From Bacillota bacterium (lineage in GTDB: Bacteria > Bacillota > Limnochordia > Limnochordales > Limnochordaceae), in contig PIUA01000025.1 in NCBI GenBank assembly GCA_017577405.1, forward strand, positions 5,525 through 69,524: 64,000 nucleotides of DNA, in the 5' to 3' direction. Position numbers and translations under genes: made by a program. Every line of letters begins with the position of its first letter. The stretch's first letter is position 1. Of the stretch, positions 18,306 to 28,882 are shown piece after piece. The notes below the pieces were generated by a model. It worked only from the letters and a program-made list of their open reading frames with translations. It was not told the DNA's origin and ran no database searches.

Positions 18306-20777
18306 GTGGAGACCGAATACCGTCCCCATGTGATCGAACCCAAGTGGCAGGAAGTGTGGCGGACGACCCACCTGTACCGGGTGGTGGAGGATCCCGCCCG
18401 GCCCAAGTACTACAACCTGGAGATGTTCCCCTACCCGTCGGGGGATCTCCACATGGGCCACGTGCGGAACTACAGCCTGGGCGACGTGATGAGCCGCTAT
18501 TACCGCATGCGGGGCTACAACGTCCTCCACCCCATGGGTTGGGACGCCTTCGGGCTGCCCGCGGAGAATGCGGCGATCCAGCGGGGGGTCCCTGCGGCCC
18601 AGTGGACCTGGTCCAACATTGAGCGGATGCGGGGCCAGCTCCAGCGCCTGGGCTTCAGCTACGACTGGGACCGGGAAGTGGCCACCTGCGCGCCGGACTA
18701 CTACAAGTGGACCCAGTGGCTCTTCCTCCTCCTGTACAAGCGGGGGCTGGCCTACCGGGGGAAGGCCCTGGTCAACTGGTGCCCGGGCTGCCAGACGGTC
18801 CTGGCCAACGAGCAGGTGGAGGGCGGCCAGTGCTGGCGGTGCCACTCGGAGGTGGAGAAGCAGGAGCGGGAGCAGTGGTTCTTCCGGATCACCGCCTATG
18901 CGGACCGCCTCCTGGAGGACCTCAAGCTCTTGGACGGCTGGCCCGAGCGGGTGAAGGCGATGCAGGCCAACTGGATCGGCCGTTCCGAGGGGGCCGAGGT
19001 GGACTTCCGGGTGGAGGGGCTGGACGAGACCATCACCGTCTTCACCACCCGGCCGGACACCCTCTGGGGCGTCACCTACATGGTCCTGGCGCCGGAGCAC
19101 CGGCTGGTGGAGCGGCTGATCGAGGGCCGGCCGGAGGCCGAGACCGTCCGGGCCTTTGTCCAGAAGGTGAAGGCCACCCCCGCCCGGGAGCGGGAGCAGA
19201 TGGAGAAGGAGGGCGTGCCCACCGGCGCCTTCTGCATCAACCCTGTCAACGGCGAGCGGGTTCCCATCTGGGTGGGGAACTACGTGCTGAGCGAGTACGG
19301 CACCGGCGCGGTGATGGCGGTGCCCGCCCACGACCAGCGGGACCTGGAGTTCGCCCGCAAGTACGGCCTCCCCGTCAAGGTGGTGATCCAGCCGCCTGGC
19401 GGCTCCCTGGACGAGGCCACCATGACCGAGGCCTACGTCGATCCGGGGATCATGGTCCACTCGGGTCCCTTCGACGGCACGCCCAGCCAGGAGGGGATCC
19501 AGCGGGTGATCGCCTACCTGGAGGAGCGGGCGTTGGGGCGGAAGGCGGTCAACTACCGGCTGCGGGACTGGCTCATCTCCCGCCAGCGCTATTGGGGCGC
19601 GCCCATCCCCATCATCTACTGTGACCGGTGCGGCATGGTCCCCGTCCCCGAAGAGGATCTGCCCGTCCTCTTGCCGGCCAGCCTGACGGACAAGACGGGC
19701 GGCACCTCCCTGGCCGACGCGCCCGACTTTGTCGCCACCACCTGTCCCCAGTGCGGCGGCCCGGCCCGGCGGGAGACGGACACCATGGACACCTTCATGT
19801 GCTCCTCCTGGTACTTCCTCCGCTTCGCCTCGCCCCACGAGGAGAGCGCCCCCTTCAACCGGGAGGCGGTGGACTACTGGCTCCCCGTGGACCGGTACAC
19901 GGGCGGGATTGAGCACGCGGTGATGCACCTGCTCTACTCCCGCTTCTTCACCAAGGTGCTCTACGATGCGGGGCTGGTCTCCTTCCAGGAGCCCTTCACC
20001 CGTCTCTTCACCCAGGGGATGGTGACCCTGGGCGGGGCGGCCATGTCCAAGTCCCGGGGGAACATCGTGGACCCCGACGAAATCGTCAACACCTACGGGG
20101 CCGACACCGCCCGGCTCTTCATCCTCTTCGCGGCGCCGCCGGAGAACGACCTGGAGTGGAGCGAGGCGGGCGTGGAGGGGGCCCACCGGTTCCTCCAGCG
20201 GGTGTGGCGGCTGGCCGCGGAGTGGGCGCCACTGGTGAAGGGCGCCGGACCCGTCAACCCGACGGAGTTCGGTAAGGAGGAGCGGGATGTCTACCGGACC
20301 ATCCACGAGACCCTCCAGAAGGTGACGGGGGACATCGAGGATCGGTTCAGCCTCAACACCTCCATCAGCGCCATGATGACCCTGGTCAACCGCCTCTACC
20401 AGTACAAGGAGGAGGCGGAGGCCGTCCGGCCCGAGCTGGCCCGGGAAGGGCTGGAGAAGCTGGTCCTCATGCTGGCCCCCTTCGCGCCCCACCTGGCGGA
20501 GGAGCTCTGGCATGAGGCCCTGGGCCACCAGGAGAGCGTCCACCTAGCGGCCTGGCCCGAGGTGGATCCCGACGCCCTCCAGCGGGAGGAAGTGGAGGTG
20601 GTCGTGCAGGTGAACGGGAAGCTGCGCGACCGCATGCTGGTGCCCGCCGCGGCCGATGAGGCCGCCTTGCGGGAGCAGGCCCTCGCCCTCCCCAAGATCC
20701 AGCCCTTCCTGGAAGGCAAGGAGGTGGTCCGGGTGGTCGTCGTGCCCGGGCGCCTGGTCAACGTGGTGGTCAAGTAG
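18306..20777 (+). CDS. leuS: Leucyl-tRNA synthetase
   Basis: EMFPYPSGDLHMGH, FTTRPDT, DWLISRQRYWGAPIP, GGIEHA and AMSKS. Start placed at GTG 18306 after GAGGTGA; the ORF-track extension is the T-box leader. Confidence 0.98.
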   Translation: METEYRPHVIEPKWQEVWRTTHLYRVVEDPARPKYYNLEMFPYPSGDLHMGHVRNYSLGDVMSRYYRMRGYNVLHPMGWDAFGLPAENAAIQRGVPAAQWTWSNIERMRGQLQRLGFSYDWDREVATCAPDYYKWTQWLFLLLYKRGLAYRGKALVNWCPGCQTVLANEQVEGGQCWRCHSEVEKQEREQWFFRITAYADRLLEDLKLLDGWPERVKAMQANWIGRSEGAEVDFRVEGLDETITVFTTRPDTLWGVTYMVLAPEHRLVERLIEGRPEAETVRAFVQKVKATPAREREQMEKEGVPTGAFCINPVNGERVPIWVGNYVLSEYGTGAVMAVPAHDQRDLEFARKYGLPVKVVIQPPGGSLDEATMTEAYVDPGIMVHSGPFDGTPSQEGIQRVIAYLEERALGRKAVNYRLRDWLISRQRYWGAPIPIIYCDRCGMVPVPEEDLPVLLPASLTDKTGGTSLADAPDFVATTCPQCGGPARRETDTMDTFMCSSWYFLRFASPHEESAPFNREAVDYWLPVDRYTGGIEHAVMHLLYSRFFTKVLYDAGLVSFQEPFTRLFTQGMVTLGGAAMSKSRGNIVDPDEIVNTYGADTARLFILFAAPPENDLEWSEAGVEGAHRFLQRVWRLAAEWAPLVKGAGPVNPTEFGKEERDVYRTIHETLQKVTGDIEDRFSLNTSISAMMTLVNRLYQYKEEAEAVRPELAREGLEKLVLMLAPFAPHLAEELWHEALGHQESVHLAAWPEVDPDALQREEVEVVVQVNGKLRDRMLVPAAADEAALREQALALPKIQPFLEGKEVVRVVVVPGRLVNVVVK

Positions 20778-20810
20778 CGGCAAGAAGCCGCGCTCGGCGG
20801 AGGCGGCTCC

Positions 20811-20838
20811 CTTCCCCGGGGCGAAAGCCCCGGGGAGG
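20811..20838. repeat. GC-rich hairpin with GAAA tetraloop after leuS (possible terminator)
   Basis: CTTCCCCGGGGC-GAAA-GCCCCGGGGAGG with no U-tract. Confidence 0.6.
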
Positions 20839-20938
20839 ACCGCCACCCAGGGAAGGGCCGGCAGGAGAGGGGCGCCCCCCAGGCGAAAGAAGCAGCGTCA
20901 CCGGTCGCCCGACCCGCAGGGGGGAAGGGGGTTGTCCG

Positions 20939-21547
20939 GTGATGCTTGCTTTTCGCCCCTGGTGGCGCACCCTCACCCTCCTGGTCCTCCTGGCCCTCCT
21001 CCCCCTGGCTTGGCGGGGAACGGGCCGGGAGACACCCATCCTGATCCAGCACGTCTCCAGCGATCCCACGCACGTCCCGCCCCCGGTGGCGATGCTCTCC
21101 GTCGCCGATCCAGGGCCGCCCGGGACGCTCCGCAGCGCGAGGGGGCTGTTGGTGGCGGGGGCCGCCCAGGCGGCCGATGCCGCGGCCGAAGGGTCCGCGG
21201 TCGAAGAGCCTCTCCCCGAGGCGCCCTTGCCGGCTGGGCCCCTGCCGGAGGAGCGCCCGCCGGCAGGCCGGCTCGGCGAGGATGAGGCACCCACCCGCCC
21301 GTGTCCGAACGACGCGCCCGACCCCCAGCACAGGTCTGACCAACCCGCCCGGGGACGGATCAACCTGAACACCGCCGATGCCGCCTTGCTCCAGACCCTG
21401 CCCGGCATTGGCCCCGCCCTGGCCCAGCGGATCCTCGAGTATCGGGAGCGCTGGGGGCCCTTCACCCATCCCCGCCAGCTCTTGGAGGTCTCCGGCATCG
21501 GCGAGAAGCGGCTGGAGCAGCTCCTGCCATGGGTGACGGTGGAGTAG
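20939..21547 (+). CDS. comEA: ComEA-family helix-hairpin-helix DNA receptor
   Basis: N-terminal TM, Pro/Ala linker, RINLNTA…LQTLPGIGPALAQRILEYRE…LLEVSGIGEK; lies upstream of comEC. Confidence 0.88.
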   Translation: MMLAFRPWWRTLTLLVLLALLPLAWRGTGRETPILIQHVSSDPTHVPPPVAMLSVADPGPPGTLRSARGLLVAGAAQAADAAAEGSAVEEPLPEAPLPAGPLPEERPPAGRLGEDEAPTRPCPNDAPDPQHRSDQPARGRINLNTADAALLQTLPGIGPALAQRILEYRERWGPFTHPRQLLEVSGIGEKRLEQLLPWVTVE

Positions 21548-23997
21548 CCCGGCCCCTGGTCCCCCTCTTCCTCGGTGGCGTGGCGGCCAGCCTGGCGGCC
21601 GGCCGGTGGCCCCCCGCCCTCTGGGCGGCCGGCGGGCTCCTGGCGGTGCTCCTGGCCGGCTCGGGAAGGGCCGCATGGGGCCCCGGCTGGCTCCTCGCGG
21701 GCGGCCGGTCCCGCCTGGCCGCCCTCTTCGCCGCGGGAGGGTTCCTGGTCAGCCTCCTGGCCGCCGGCTCCCTGGCCCGGCTCCCGGGGGATCTGCCCGA
21801 GCTCTTGGCCCGGCCCCAACCTCTGGATCTCCAGGGGGTGGTGGCTGGGCCGCCGGAGCCCGTCGTGGGAGGCTGGCGCTTCCCGCTGCGCCTCATCGCG
21901 GCCGGCGACGGGGCGGGGACCTGGTGGCCCGCCCGGGGGCGGGTGAGCCTGCTCGTTCGGGTTCCGGAGCTGGAGGGCCGCCCGGGCGAGCCAGGGGTCC
22001 TGGAGGAGCTGGGCCTGGGCCTGGGGGACCGGGTGGCCGTCCGGGCGGAGCTTCGCCCCCTCCCCTCCGACGGCAATCCAGGCCTCTTCTCCCCGGGAGC
22101 CTGGCGGCGCCGGCAAGGGGTGGCGGCGGAGGGCTGGCTGCCCTCCCCCCGCTTTCTCCAACGGCTCGAGACAGGCACGGGGCTTCGGGCCTGGGCGGAG
22201 GGGCTGCGCCTCCGCTTGGCGGTCCGGCTCTTCGAGGGGCTGGAGCCGGAGCTGGCTGGTCTCGGGGCGGCACTCCTCCTGGGCGACCGCCGCTGGCTGC
22301 CCCCGGCCACCGCGGATCAGGTGCGGGCGGCAGGGCTGGGCCACCTTCTGGCGGTCTCGGGGCTCCATGTCGGGATCCTGGGCGGCCTGGCCTGGTGGCT
22401 GGTGGGGGGGCGGCGGCAGGAGCCGGGGTGGCTGGTCCGGGGGGTGATCAGCCTCTGGCTGGGGCTGGTGGGCCTGCTGACGGGAGGGGCTCCCTCGGCC
22501 CAGCGGGCGGTGATCATGGCCCTGGTGGGGCTGTGGGCCCCAGCAGGCCGCCGGGATCCGGCCCAGGCCCTGGCCGCCGCGGGCTTGCTCCTGCTCCTCC
22601 GCCATCCCTTAGCCGGGCAGGACCTGGGCTTCCAGCTCTCCTTTGCCGCCACCGCCGGGGTGCTGCTCCTGGGGCCCCGGCTGGGCGAGGCGGGCCGGCG
22701 GGCGGTGGGCCGTCTGGGCCTGGCCTTGGGGTATGGCCTGGGTGCCGGGCTGGCCGTGGCCCCTTTGACCGCTTGGCACCTGGGGGAGGTGGCCCTCTGG
22801 GGGGTCCCCGCCACCCTGGCGGCCACCCCGGTGCTCACCGCCGGCCTGGTGGGGCTCCTAGCAGTGGCCGTCTTCGGGAGCGGGGCGCCTTCCTGGCTGG
22901 TGGACGGGACCGAAGGCGCGTTGGAGGCGCTCCTCGCCGTCGCCCGGGTGAGCGGGGGGCTGCCCGGGGCCCGCTGGTCCATCCCTCGGCCGCCCGGGTG
23001 GCTTTTCCTCCTGGCCGGGGGAGCCTTCCTCTGGGGCGCCCGGCAGGGACCGCGCCTCCTCCCGCAGGGCCTGGCGAGGCGGCGAGTGGTCCTGGCCGCG
23101 GCCGGGGTGGCGCTCCTGTGGGGGTGGAGTTGGGGGCGCCCCCCGGGCCTGCTCACCTTGACCGTCATCGATGTGGGGCAAGGGGACGCCCTGCTGGTGG
23201 AGACGCCCCGGGGGCGGCGGGTGCTCATCGACGGGGGCGGCTGGCCCGCTTTCGGGGCGGCGCCGGCCCCCGACGTGGGGGAGCGGGTGATCCTCCCCTT
23301 CCTCCGGGCGGAGCGGATCGGCCGGTTGGACCTGGTGGTGAGCACCCACCCTGATGGGGACCATACCCTGGGCTTGCGGGCGGTCCTGGAGAGGATGCCC
23401 GTGGGCCTCCTGGTCCACAACGGGTGGATCGGCCCTGGGACGGCGGTGGATCTCTTGGGACCGTGGCGGGCCGAGGCGGACCGCCTGGTCTGGCAGGGGC
23501 CTGGCCGGCCGCGGGCCCTGCCCCACGTGGCCCTCCACGCGGGGGATCGGATCCTCCTGGAACCGGGGGTGAGCCTCACCGTCCTCCACCCGCCCCGGGA
23601 AGGCTTCCCCCGGGACGGGAACGACGGGTCCCTGGTCCTTCTCTTGGAAGGGCGGGGGGTTCGGTTTCTCCTCCTGGGGGATGCGGAGCGGCGGGCCCAG
23701 GAGGCCATGCTCCGCCGCTGGGGCCGAGAGGGTTTGGCCAGCGACGTGGTGAAGCTGGCTCACCACGGGGCGGCTTCAGGCACGTGGCTGCCCTTCTTGG
23801 AAGCGGTGGCGCCCCAAGTGGCGCTCAACTCAGCGGGCCGGGCCAACCGGTACGGCCATCCCCATGCCGAGACCCTGGCGGCCCTCCAACGGCTCGGGGT
23901 GCCCCTCTACCGGACCGACCGGGACGGGGCCCTGCGGGTGGTGGTGGGACGGGGGTGGGCCCGGGTCCAGGCCTTGGGGCGGTCCGGCTCGCCGTGA
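21529..23997 (+). CDS. comEC: DNA uptake channel ComEC/Rec2
   Basis: GLGHLLAVSGLHVG, GFQLSF, and metallo-beta-lactamase domain DVGQGDA, STHPDGDH, LAHHG, YGHPH, RTDRDG. Start uncertain. Confidence 0.93.
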   Translation: MGDGGVARPLVPLFLGGVAASLAAGRWPPALWAAGGLLAVLLAGSGRAAWGPGWLLAGGRSRLAALFAAGGFLVSLLAAGSLARLPGDLPELLARPQPLDLQGVVAGPPEPVVGGWRFPLRLIAAGDGAGTWWPARGRVSLLVRVPELEGRPGEPGVLEELGLGLGDRVAVRAELRPLPSDGNPGLFSPGAWRRRQGVAAEGWLPSPRFLQRLETGTGLRAWAEGLRLRLAVRLFEGLEPELAGLGAALLLGDRRWLPPATADQVRAAGLGHLLAVSGLHVGILGGLAWWLVGGRRQEPGWLVRGVISLWLGLVGLLTGGAPSAQRAVIMALVGLWAPAGRRDPAQALAAAGLLLLLRHPLAGQDLGFQLSFAATAGVLLLGPRLGEAGRRAVGRLGLALGYGLGAGLAVAPLTAWHLGEVALWGVPATLAATPVLTAGLVGLLAVAVFGSGAPSWLVDGTEGALEALLAVARVSGGLPGARWSIPRPPGWLFLLAGGAFLWGARQGPRLLPQGLARRRVVLAAAGVALLWGWSWGRPPGLLTLTVIDVGQGDALLVETPRGRRVLIDGGGWPAFGAAPAPDVGERVILPFLRAERIGRLDLVVSTHPDGDHTLGLRAVLERMPVGLLVHNGWIGPGTAVDLLGPWRAEADRLVWQGPGRPRALPHVALHAGDRILLEPGVSLTVLHPPREGFPRDGNDGSLVLLLEGRGVRFLLLGDAERRAQEAMLRRWGREGLASDVVKLAHHGAASGTWLPFLEAVAPQVALNSAGRANRYGHPHAETLAALQRLGVPLYRTDRDGALRVVVGRGWARVQALGRSGSP

Positions 23998-24003
23998 GGA
24001 GGG

Positions 24004-25029
24004 GTGTGGGTGGCCCGTCGAGCTCCCGATCCGTCGGCCCGGCTTCACCTGGTGGTGGGGGCGGAGCCAGGGGGTGTGGAGACTGTTCTGGAGCAGATCC
24101 GCGAGGCCCATGGGGTGGGTGAGGGGAGCCCCCAGTGGGAGGAGCTCCGGCTGGACGGGAGTGAGCAGGACGCGGAGCGGATCCACGGTGCCCTGGCCGG
24201 CGGCTCCCTCTTTGCCAGCCACCGCTTGGTCCTCCTGCGGCGGGTAGAGGAGGTGCCGCCGGAGGCGCAGGAGGTGCTGGTGGCTCTGGTGGACCCGCTC
24301 CCGCCGGGGGTGGTCTTGGTCCTCACCGCCAGCCGCCGGGACGGCCGGACCGGCCTCTTCAAGGCCCTCAAGGCCGCGGAGACCTGGGATCTGACGCCGC
24401 CCGACCGGGCGGCCGATCTGGCCCGTTGGGTGGAGGAGCAGGCCCGGGCCCAGGGGGTCACCCTTTCCAAGGCCGCGGTCCAGCGGCTGCTGGAGGTGGT
24501 GGGGGGTGAGGCGGCCCTCATCCCCGGCGAGCTGGCCAAGCTGGCCACCTACGCCAGCGACGGTGCCCCCGTCACCCCGGAGGTGGTGGACGCCCTGGCC
24601 TCCACCGCCTGGCCCGGCCTGCCCCGTTACGCGGTCTTCGACCTGGTCGATGCGGTGAGCCGGGGGGATGCGGCCATGGCCCTCACCCGGTTCCGAACCC
24701 TCCTTCGCCGGGGCGAGGAGCCCCTGCGGCTTCTGGCCATGCTGGGCCGCCAGCTCCACCTCTTGGGGGTGGCCCGGGGGCTCCAGGCCCGGGGCGAAGG
24801 ACGGCCCGAGGCCCTCATGGAGGCGACGGCCATCAAGTCGCCCTTCGAGGCGAGGAAGATCCTGCAGCTGGCCACCCAGTGGGATGAGGTCCGGCTGGCT
24901 CAGGCCGCGGAGCTGGCGGCGGAGGCCGATGAGGGAATGAAAAAGGGCGCCTCAGCGCCCACAACGATGGAACTTCTGGTCCTTGCGCTCTGCCGCTTGA
25001 GCCGCGGGACGAGCCCGGGCCCAAGCTAG
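24004..25029 (+). CDS. holA: DNA polymerase III delta subunit
   Basis: SLFASHRLV, ELAKLATY, VFDLVDAV and GEEPLRLLAML; conserved position between comEC and rpsT. Confidence 0.85.
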   Translation: MWVARRAPDPSARLHLVVGAEPGGVETVLEQIREAHGVGEGSPQWEELRLDGSEQDAERIHGALAGGSLFASHRLVLLRRVEEVPPEAQEVLVALVDPLPPGVVLVLTASRRDGRTGLFKALKAAETWDLTPPDRAADLARWVEEQARAQGVTLSKAAVQRLLEVVGGEAALIPGELAKLATYASDGAPVTPEVVDALASTAWPGLPRYAVFDLVDAVSRGDAAMALTRFRTLLRRGEEPLRLLAMLGRQLHLLGVARGLQARGEGRPEALMEATAIKSPFEARKILQLATQWDEVRLAQAAELAAEADEGMKKGASAPTTMELLVLALCRLSRGTSPGPS

Positions 25030-25031
25030 CC

Positions 25032-25319
25032 TCACTGGCCTTCGGTGGCCGCGGCGGCTTGGAGCGCGTTCAAGCGGCGAGCGAGCCGCGACTTCCGCCG
25101 GGCCGCCTGGTTGGGGTGGATGACACCCTTCCGGGCGGCGCGGTCCAGGGCCGTGAAGGCCTCCTGCAGGCGGGCGGTGGCCAGCTCGATGTCACCGCGC
25201 TCCAGAGCCAGACGAACCTTCCGCACGGCGGTCCGGGTGGCACTCTTGATCGCCTGGTTCCGCCGCCGCCGGCGCTCCGCCTGGCGGGCCCGCTTGGCGG
25301 CCGATCGCGTGTTCGGCAA
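25032..25319 (-). CDS. rpsT: 30S ribosomal protein S20
   Basis: TTG 25319 reads PNTRSAAKRARQAERRRRRN…KGVIHPNQAARRKSRL. Confidence 0.96.
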   Translation of the reverse strand: MPNTRSAAKRARQAERRRRRNQAIKSATRTAVRKVRLALERGDIELATARLQEAFTALDRAARKGVIHPNQAARRKSRLARRLNALQAAAATEGQ

Positions 25320-25356
25320 CGAACCTTCCCCCTCTACGCGGATCAAAACCGCATGC

Positions 25357-25385
25357 ATTCTACCACGTTGGACGGGCACGATCAA
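25357..25385 (-). promoter_or_regulatory. SigA promoter of rpsT
   Basis: Minus strand TTGATC, 17 bp, TAGAAT with extended TG. Confidence 0.75.
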
Positions 25386-25402
25386 CCGTCCGTTCCCAGC
25401 CT

Positions 25403-27049
25403 TTACCCAGCCAGGAGCACCTGCGCCAGCAGGATCTTGCCGATCATGGCGATGGGGTAGACGGCCGCGTAGCCCATGTTGGGCTGCTCCGACCGGGCCT
25501 GCTCGGTGGCGAAGGCCAAGGTGGCCGGCTGGGTCTGAAGCCCTGCCACCATCCCCGTCAGGACGTGCAAGGGGACCTTAAAGAACCGGAGCCCCAAGAC
25601 GAAGGCGATCAGGCTGAAGCTCAGGGCGACCAAGGTGGCGCCCACGAGGATGGCCCAGCCCGAGGCGCGCAGGGTTTCGGCGAGGGCGTAGCCCGACCGG
25701 GTGCTCACCCCGGCGAGGAAGAGGACCAGCCCCAGCTGGCGCAGGGTGAGGTTGGCGTTGTGGGGCTGGATCCAGACGATGGGGCCCGTCCGCCCCACCA
25801 GGCCCAGGATCAGCGCCACCACCAGGGGTCCACCGGCGAAGCCCAGGCGCAGGACGGTCCCACCGGGCAGGGGGATGGGAATGAGCCCGACGAGAAGGCC
25901 GAGGGCGATCCCCAAGGAGAGGCTGGGCACGTCCACCTCCGAAAGCTGGCGGTAGGAGTCGCCCAGGAACTTGGCCGCCGCCGGCAGCTGGTCCCGGGGG
26001 GCCACCACCCGCACCTGGTCGCCGAGCTCCAGCACCATGTCGGCGGTGGGGATCAGGTCCACGTCGCCCCGCTTCACCCGGGTGATGGTCGCCCCGCACC
26101 GCTCTTTCAGGTTCAGGTCGCGGATGCGGCGGCCCGCCACCTCCCGGTTGGAGACGAAGATCCGTCGGAAGTCGAGCTGGGACCGGTCCAACTCAGGCCG
26201 GACGTCACTGGGGACGCCCAGGTGGGGCACCACCTGATCCAGGGAGTCGGCGGAACCGACGAGGGTCACCACGTCGCCCAGGGCGAAGGTGGTGGCGCCC
26301 GTGACGATCTGCTGCTGCCCCTGCCGGACGAGCCGGGCCGCCACCACGTTCCGGGCGGCCGCAGGCAGGGTGGGCCAGAGCTCCCGGACGGGGATGTTGG
26401 TCACCTCAGCCCGGGTGATCTCCACCGCCCGGCTGTGGGGGGGCTCCACATCTCCCTCTTCCCCGGCGGCTCCCCCTTCGGCCCCGGGGCTCGTCCCCCA
26501 GCGCCGGGTGGCCACGTAGCAGGCGCCGATGACGATCAGCACCCCGACGGGGTAGGCCAGGCTGTAGCCGACGGCCGGCAGGGCCAGGGGTTCATTGGTC
26601 CCGCCGATCCGCTCCAAGACCGCGGCGAGGGCGGGCGTGTTGGTCAGGCTGCCGGCGAACAGCCCAGCCAGGAGCGGCCCGGGCAGGCCCAAGAGGCGGC
26701 CGATGAGCCAGGAGGCCCCGGTGGTCAGCAGGAGGACCAGGAGGGCGAAGCTCGTATCCCGCAACCCCCGGCGCCGCAGGCCAGCAAAGAAGCCCGGACC
26801 CGAGGCCAGCCCTACCGTATAAACGAAGAGAACAAGGCCGAACTCGTAGACGATCTCAGGCAGGGCCAGCCTGGGGTCGAGAGCTCCGACGGCCAGACCG
26901 GCGAAGAGGACGGCGGCCACTCCCAGGCCGAATCCGTGGATCCGGATTCGGCCCAGGAGGTACCCCAATCCCGCCACGATGAAGAGGAGCAGCAGGGGAT
27001 GGGAGGCCAGGAGATCGACGACCGACTGCCACAGGGAGGAGGAGCTCAT
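25403..27049 (-). CDS. YidE/AspT (aspartate:alanine exchanger family) transporter
   Basis: [29 protein letters not shown], two central RCK_C domains, AGGPLVVAL and GLQTQPA. Confidence 0.9.
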   Translation of the reverse strand: MSSSSLWQSVVDLLASHPLLLLFIVAGLGYLLGRIRIHGFGLGVAAVLFAGLAVGALDPRLALPEIVYEFGLVLFVYTVGLASGPGFFAGLRRRGLRDTSFALLVLLLTTGASWLIGRLLGLPGPLLAGLFAGSLTNTPALAAVLERIGGTNEPLALPAVGYSLAYPVGVLIVIGACYVATRRWGTSPGAEGGAAGEEGDVEPPHSRAVEITRAEVTNIPVRELWPTLPAAARNVVAARLVRQGQQQIVTGATTFALGDVVTLVGSADSLDQVVPHLGVPSDVRPELDRSQLDFRRIFVSNREVAGRRIRDLNLKERCGATITRVKRGDVDLIPTADMVLELGDQVRVVAPRDQLPAAAKFLGDSYRQLSEVDVPSLSLGIALGLLVGLIPIPLPGGTVLRLGFAGGPLVVALILGLVGRTGPIVWIQPHNANLTLRQLGLVLFLAGVSTRSGYALAETLRASGWAILVGATLVALSFSLIAFVLGLRFFKVPLHVLTGMVAGLQTQPATLAFATEQARSEQPNMGYAAVYPIAMIGKILLAQVLLAG

Positions 27050-28644
27050 ACCTGCGGTCCCGCCCGTCGCACAGCCTCAGGCACCGAGGCGGCATAGGTT
27101 TCGAAGTTGGCCTTGAACATCTGGGCCAGCTTCCGGGCCTGCTCGTCGTAGGCGGCCGGGTCGCTCCAGCTGCTCCGCACGTCCATGACTTCCTGCGGCA
27201 CACCGGGCACCCGCTCGGGCACGCGCAGCCCGAAGATGGGATCGGTCTTGAGGGGCACGTCGTCCAGCTGCCCCTCCAGGGCGGCCTTCACCATGGCCCG
27301 GGTGTAGGCGATGGGCATCCGGTGCCCCACCCCGTAGGGCCCGCCGGTCCATCCGGTGTTGACCAGCCAGACCTTCACCTGGTGCTTCGCGATCTTCTCA
27401 CCCAGAAGCTGCGCGTAGACTTCCGGGTGGAGGGCCATGAACGGGGCGCCAAAGCAGGAGGAGAAGGTGGCCTGGGGCTCCGTCACGCCCTTCTCCGTCC
27501 CCGCCACCTTGGCCGTGTACCCGGAGAGGAAGTAGTACATGGCCTGCTCAGGCGTCAGGTGGGCGATGGGCGGCAAGACACCGAAGGCGTCGGCCGAGAG
27601 GAAGATGATCGTCTTGGGGTGGCCGCCCCGCCCGGACCGGATGGCGTTGGGAATGTGGCTGATGGGGTACGCGGCCCGGGTGTTCTCCGTCAGGGAGTCG
27701 TCGTCCAGGTCGATCCGCCGGGTGGCGGGGTCGATGGCCACGTTCTCCAAGATGGTCCCGAACATCCGGGTGGTCTGGTAGATCTGGGGCTCAGCCTCGG
27801 GGCTGAGGCGGATCACTTTGGCGTAGCAGCCGCCTTCAAAGTTAAAGATCCCATCGTCGCTCCAGCCGTGCTCGTCATCGCCGATCAGCTGGCGGTCCGG
27901 GTCGGCCGAGAGGGTCGTCTTCCCCGTGCCCGACAGGCCGAAGAAGAGGGCCACCTCGCCATCCTTCCCCTGGTTGGCCGAACAGTGCATGGAGAGCACC
28001 TGCTCCTGGGGCAGGAGGAAGTTGAGGACGGTGAAGATGGACTTCTTGATCTCCCCCGCATAGCTGGTGCCGCCGATGAGGACCAGCCGGCGGGTGAAGT
28101 TGAGGACCACGAAGACGCCGCTGCGGGTCCCGTCCACCTCGGGCACGGCGGTGAAGCCGGGAACCTGGATTACGGTGAAGCGGGGCTCGAAACCCTGAAG
28201 CTCCTCAGGGGTCGGCTGGATGAAGAGGTTCCGGGCGAAGAGGTTGTGCCACGCCCGCTCGGTGATGACCCGGATGGGCATGCGGTACTTGGGGTCCGCG
28301 CCGGCGAAGAGGTCTTGCACGAAGATGTCCTTCCCCTGGAGGTAGGCCAGGAGACGGTGGTACAAAGCTTCGAAACGCTCGGGGGGCATGGGCTGGTTGG
28401 ATTCACCCCACCAGACCCGGTCGTGGGTGGTCTCGTCATCCACCACGTACTTGTCGCGAGGGCTGCGGCCCGTGTGCTGCCCCGTCCGCACCACCAGGGG
28501 GCCCAGGTGGGACAGGAACCCTTCCCGGCGGCGAATCGCCTCCTCGTACAGGGCCGCGGTGGTCAGGTTCCAGTAGACGTTGCCCGGGTTGACAATCCCA
28601 TGCTTTTCCAGACTCCGATGCATTTCCAGCAAAGCCTCGGCCAT
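27046..28644 (-). CDS. pckA: Phosphoenolpyruvate carboxykinase (ATP)
   Basis: [44 protein letters not shown] and NFEGGCYAK. Start placed at ATG 28644 after GGGAGG. Confidence 0.97.
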   Translation of the reverse strand: MAEALLEMHRSLEKHGIVNPGNVYWNLTTAALYEEAIRRREGFLSHLGPLVVRTGQHTGRSPRDKYVVDDETTHDRVWWGESNQPMPPERFEALYHRLLAYLQGKDIFVQDLFAGADPKYRMPIRVITERAWHNLFARNLFIQPTPEELQGFEPRFTVIQVPGFTAVPEVDGTRSGVFVVLNFTRRLVLIGGTSYAGEIKKSIFTVLNFLLPQEQVLSMHCSANQGKDGEVALFFGLSGTGKTTLSADPDRQLIGDDEHGWSDDGIFNFEGGCYAKVIRLSPEAEPQIYQTTRMFGTILENVAIDPATRRIDLDDDSLTENTRAAYPISHIPNAIRSGRGGHPKTIIFLSADAFGVLPPIAHLTPEQAMYYFLSGYTAKVAGTEKGVTEPQATFSSCFGAPFMALHPEVYAQLLGEKIAKHQVKVWLVNTGWTGGPYGVGHRMPIAYTRAMVKAALEGQLDDVPLKTDPIFGLRVPERVPGVPQEVMDVRSSWSDPAAYDEQARKLAQMFKANFETYAASVPEAVRRAGPQV

Positions 28645-28882
28645 TCTGTCGCCTCCCTGTCCGTCCAACCGGACACGTGTCCGGCTGGACCTCCTTACTG
28701 AGCGTACCATGTCCATCTTCCCCCGGGTAGGGGCGACCGTCTCAACGGTTGCGGGACAAATGTCACCCGCCGGGATCAAACTTGTCCCGCTGCGCTCGGT
28801 TGCACGGGCCTGGGGAGAGCGCGACAATGAAGGTACTTGGGTCTTTTGGGTATCGATCCTCCAAAGGGAAGGCCGACGGAGG

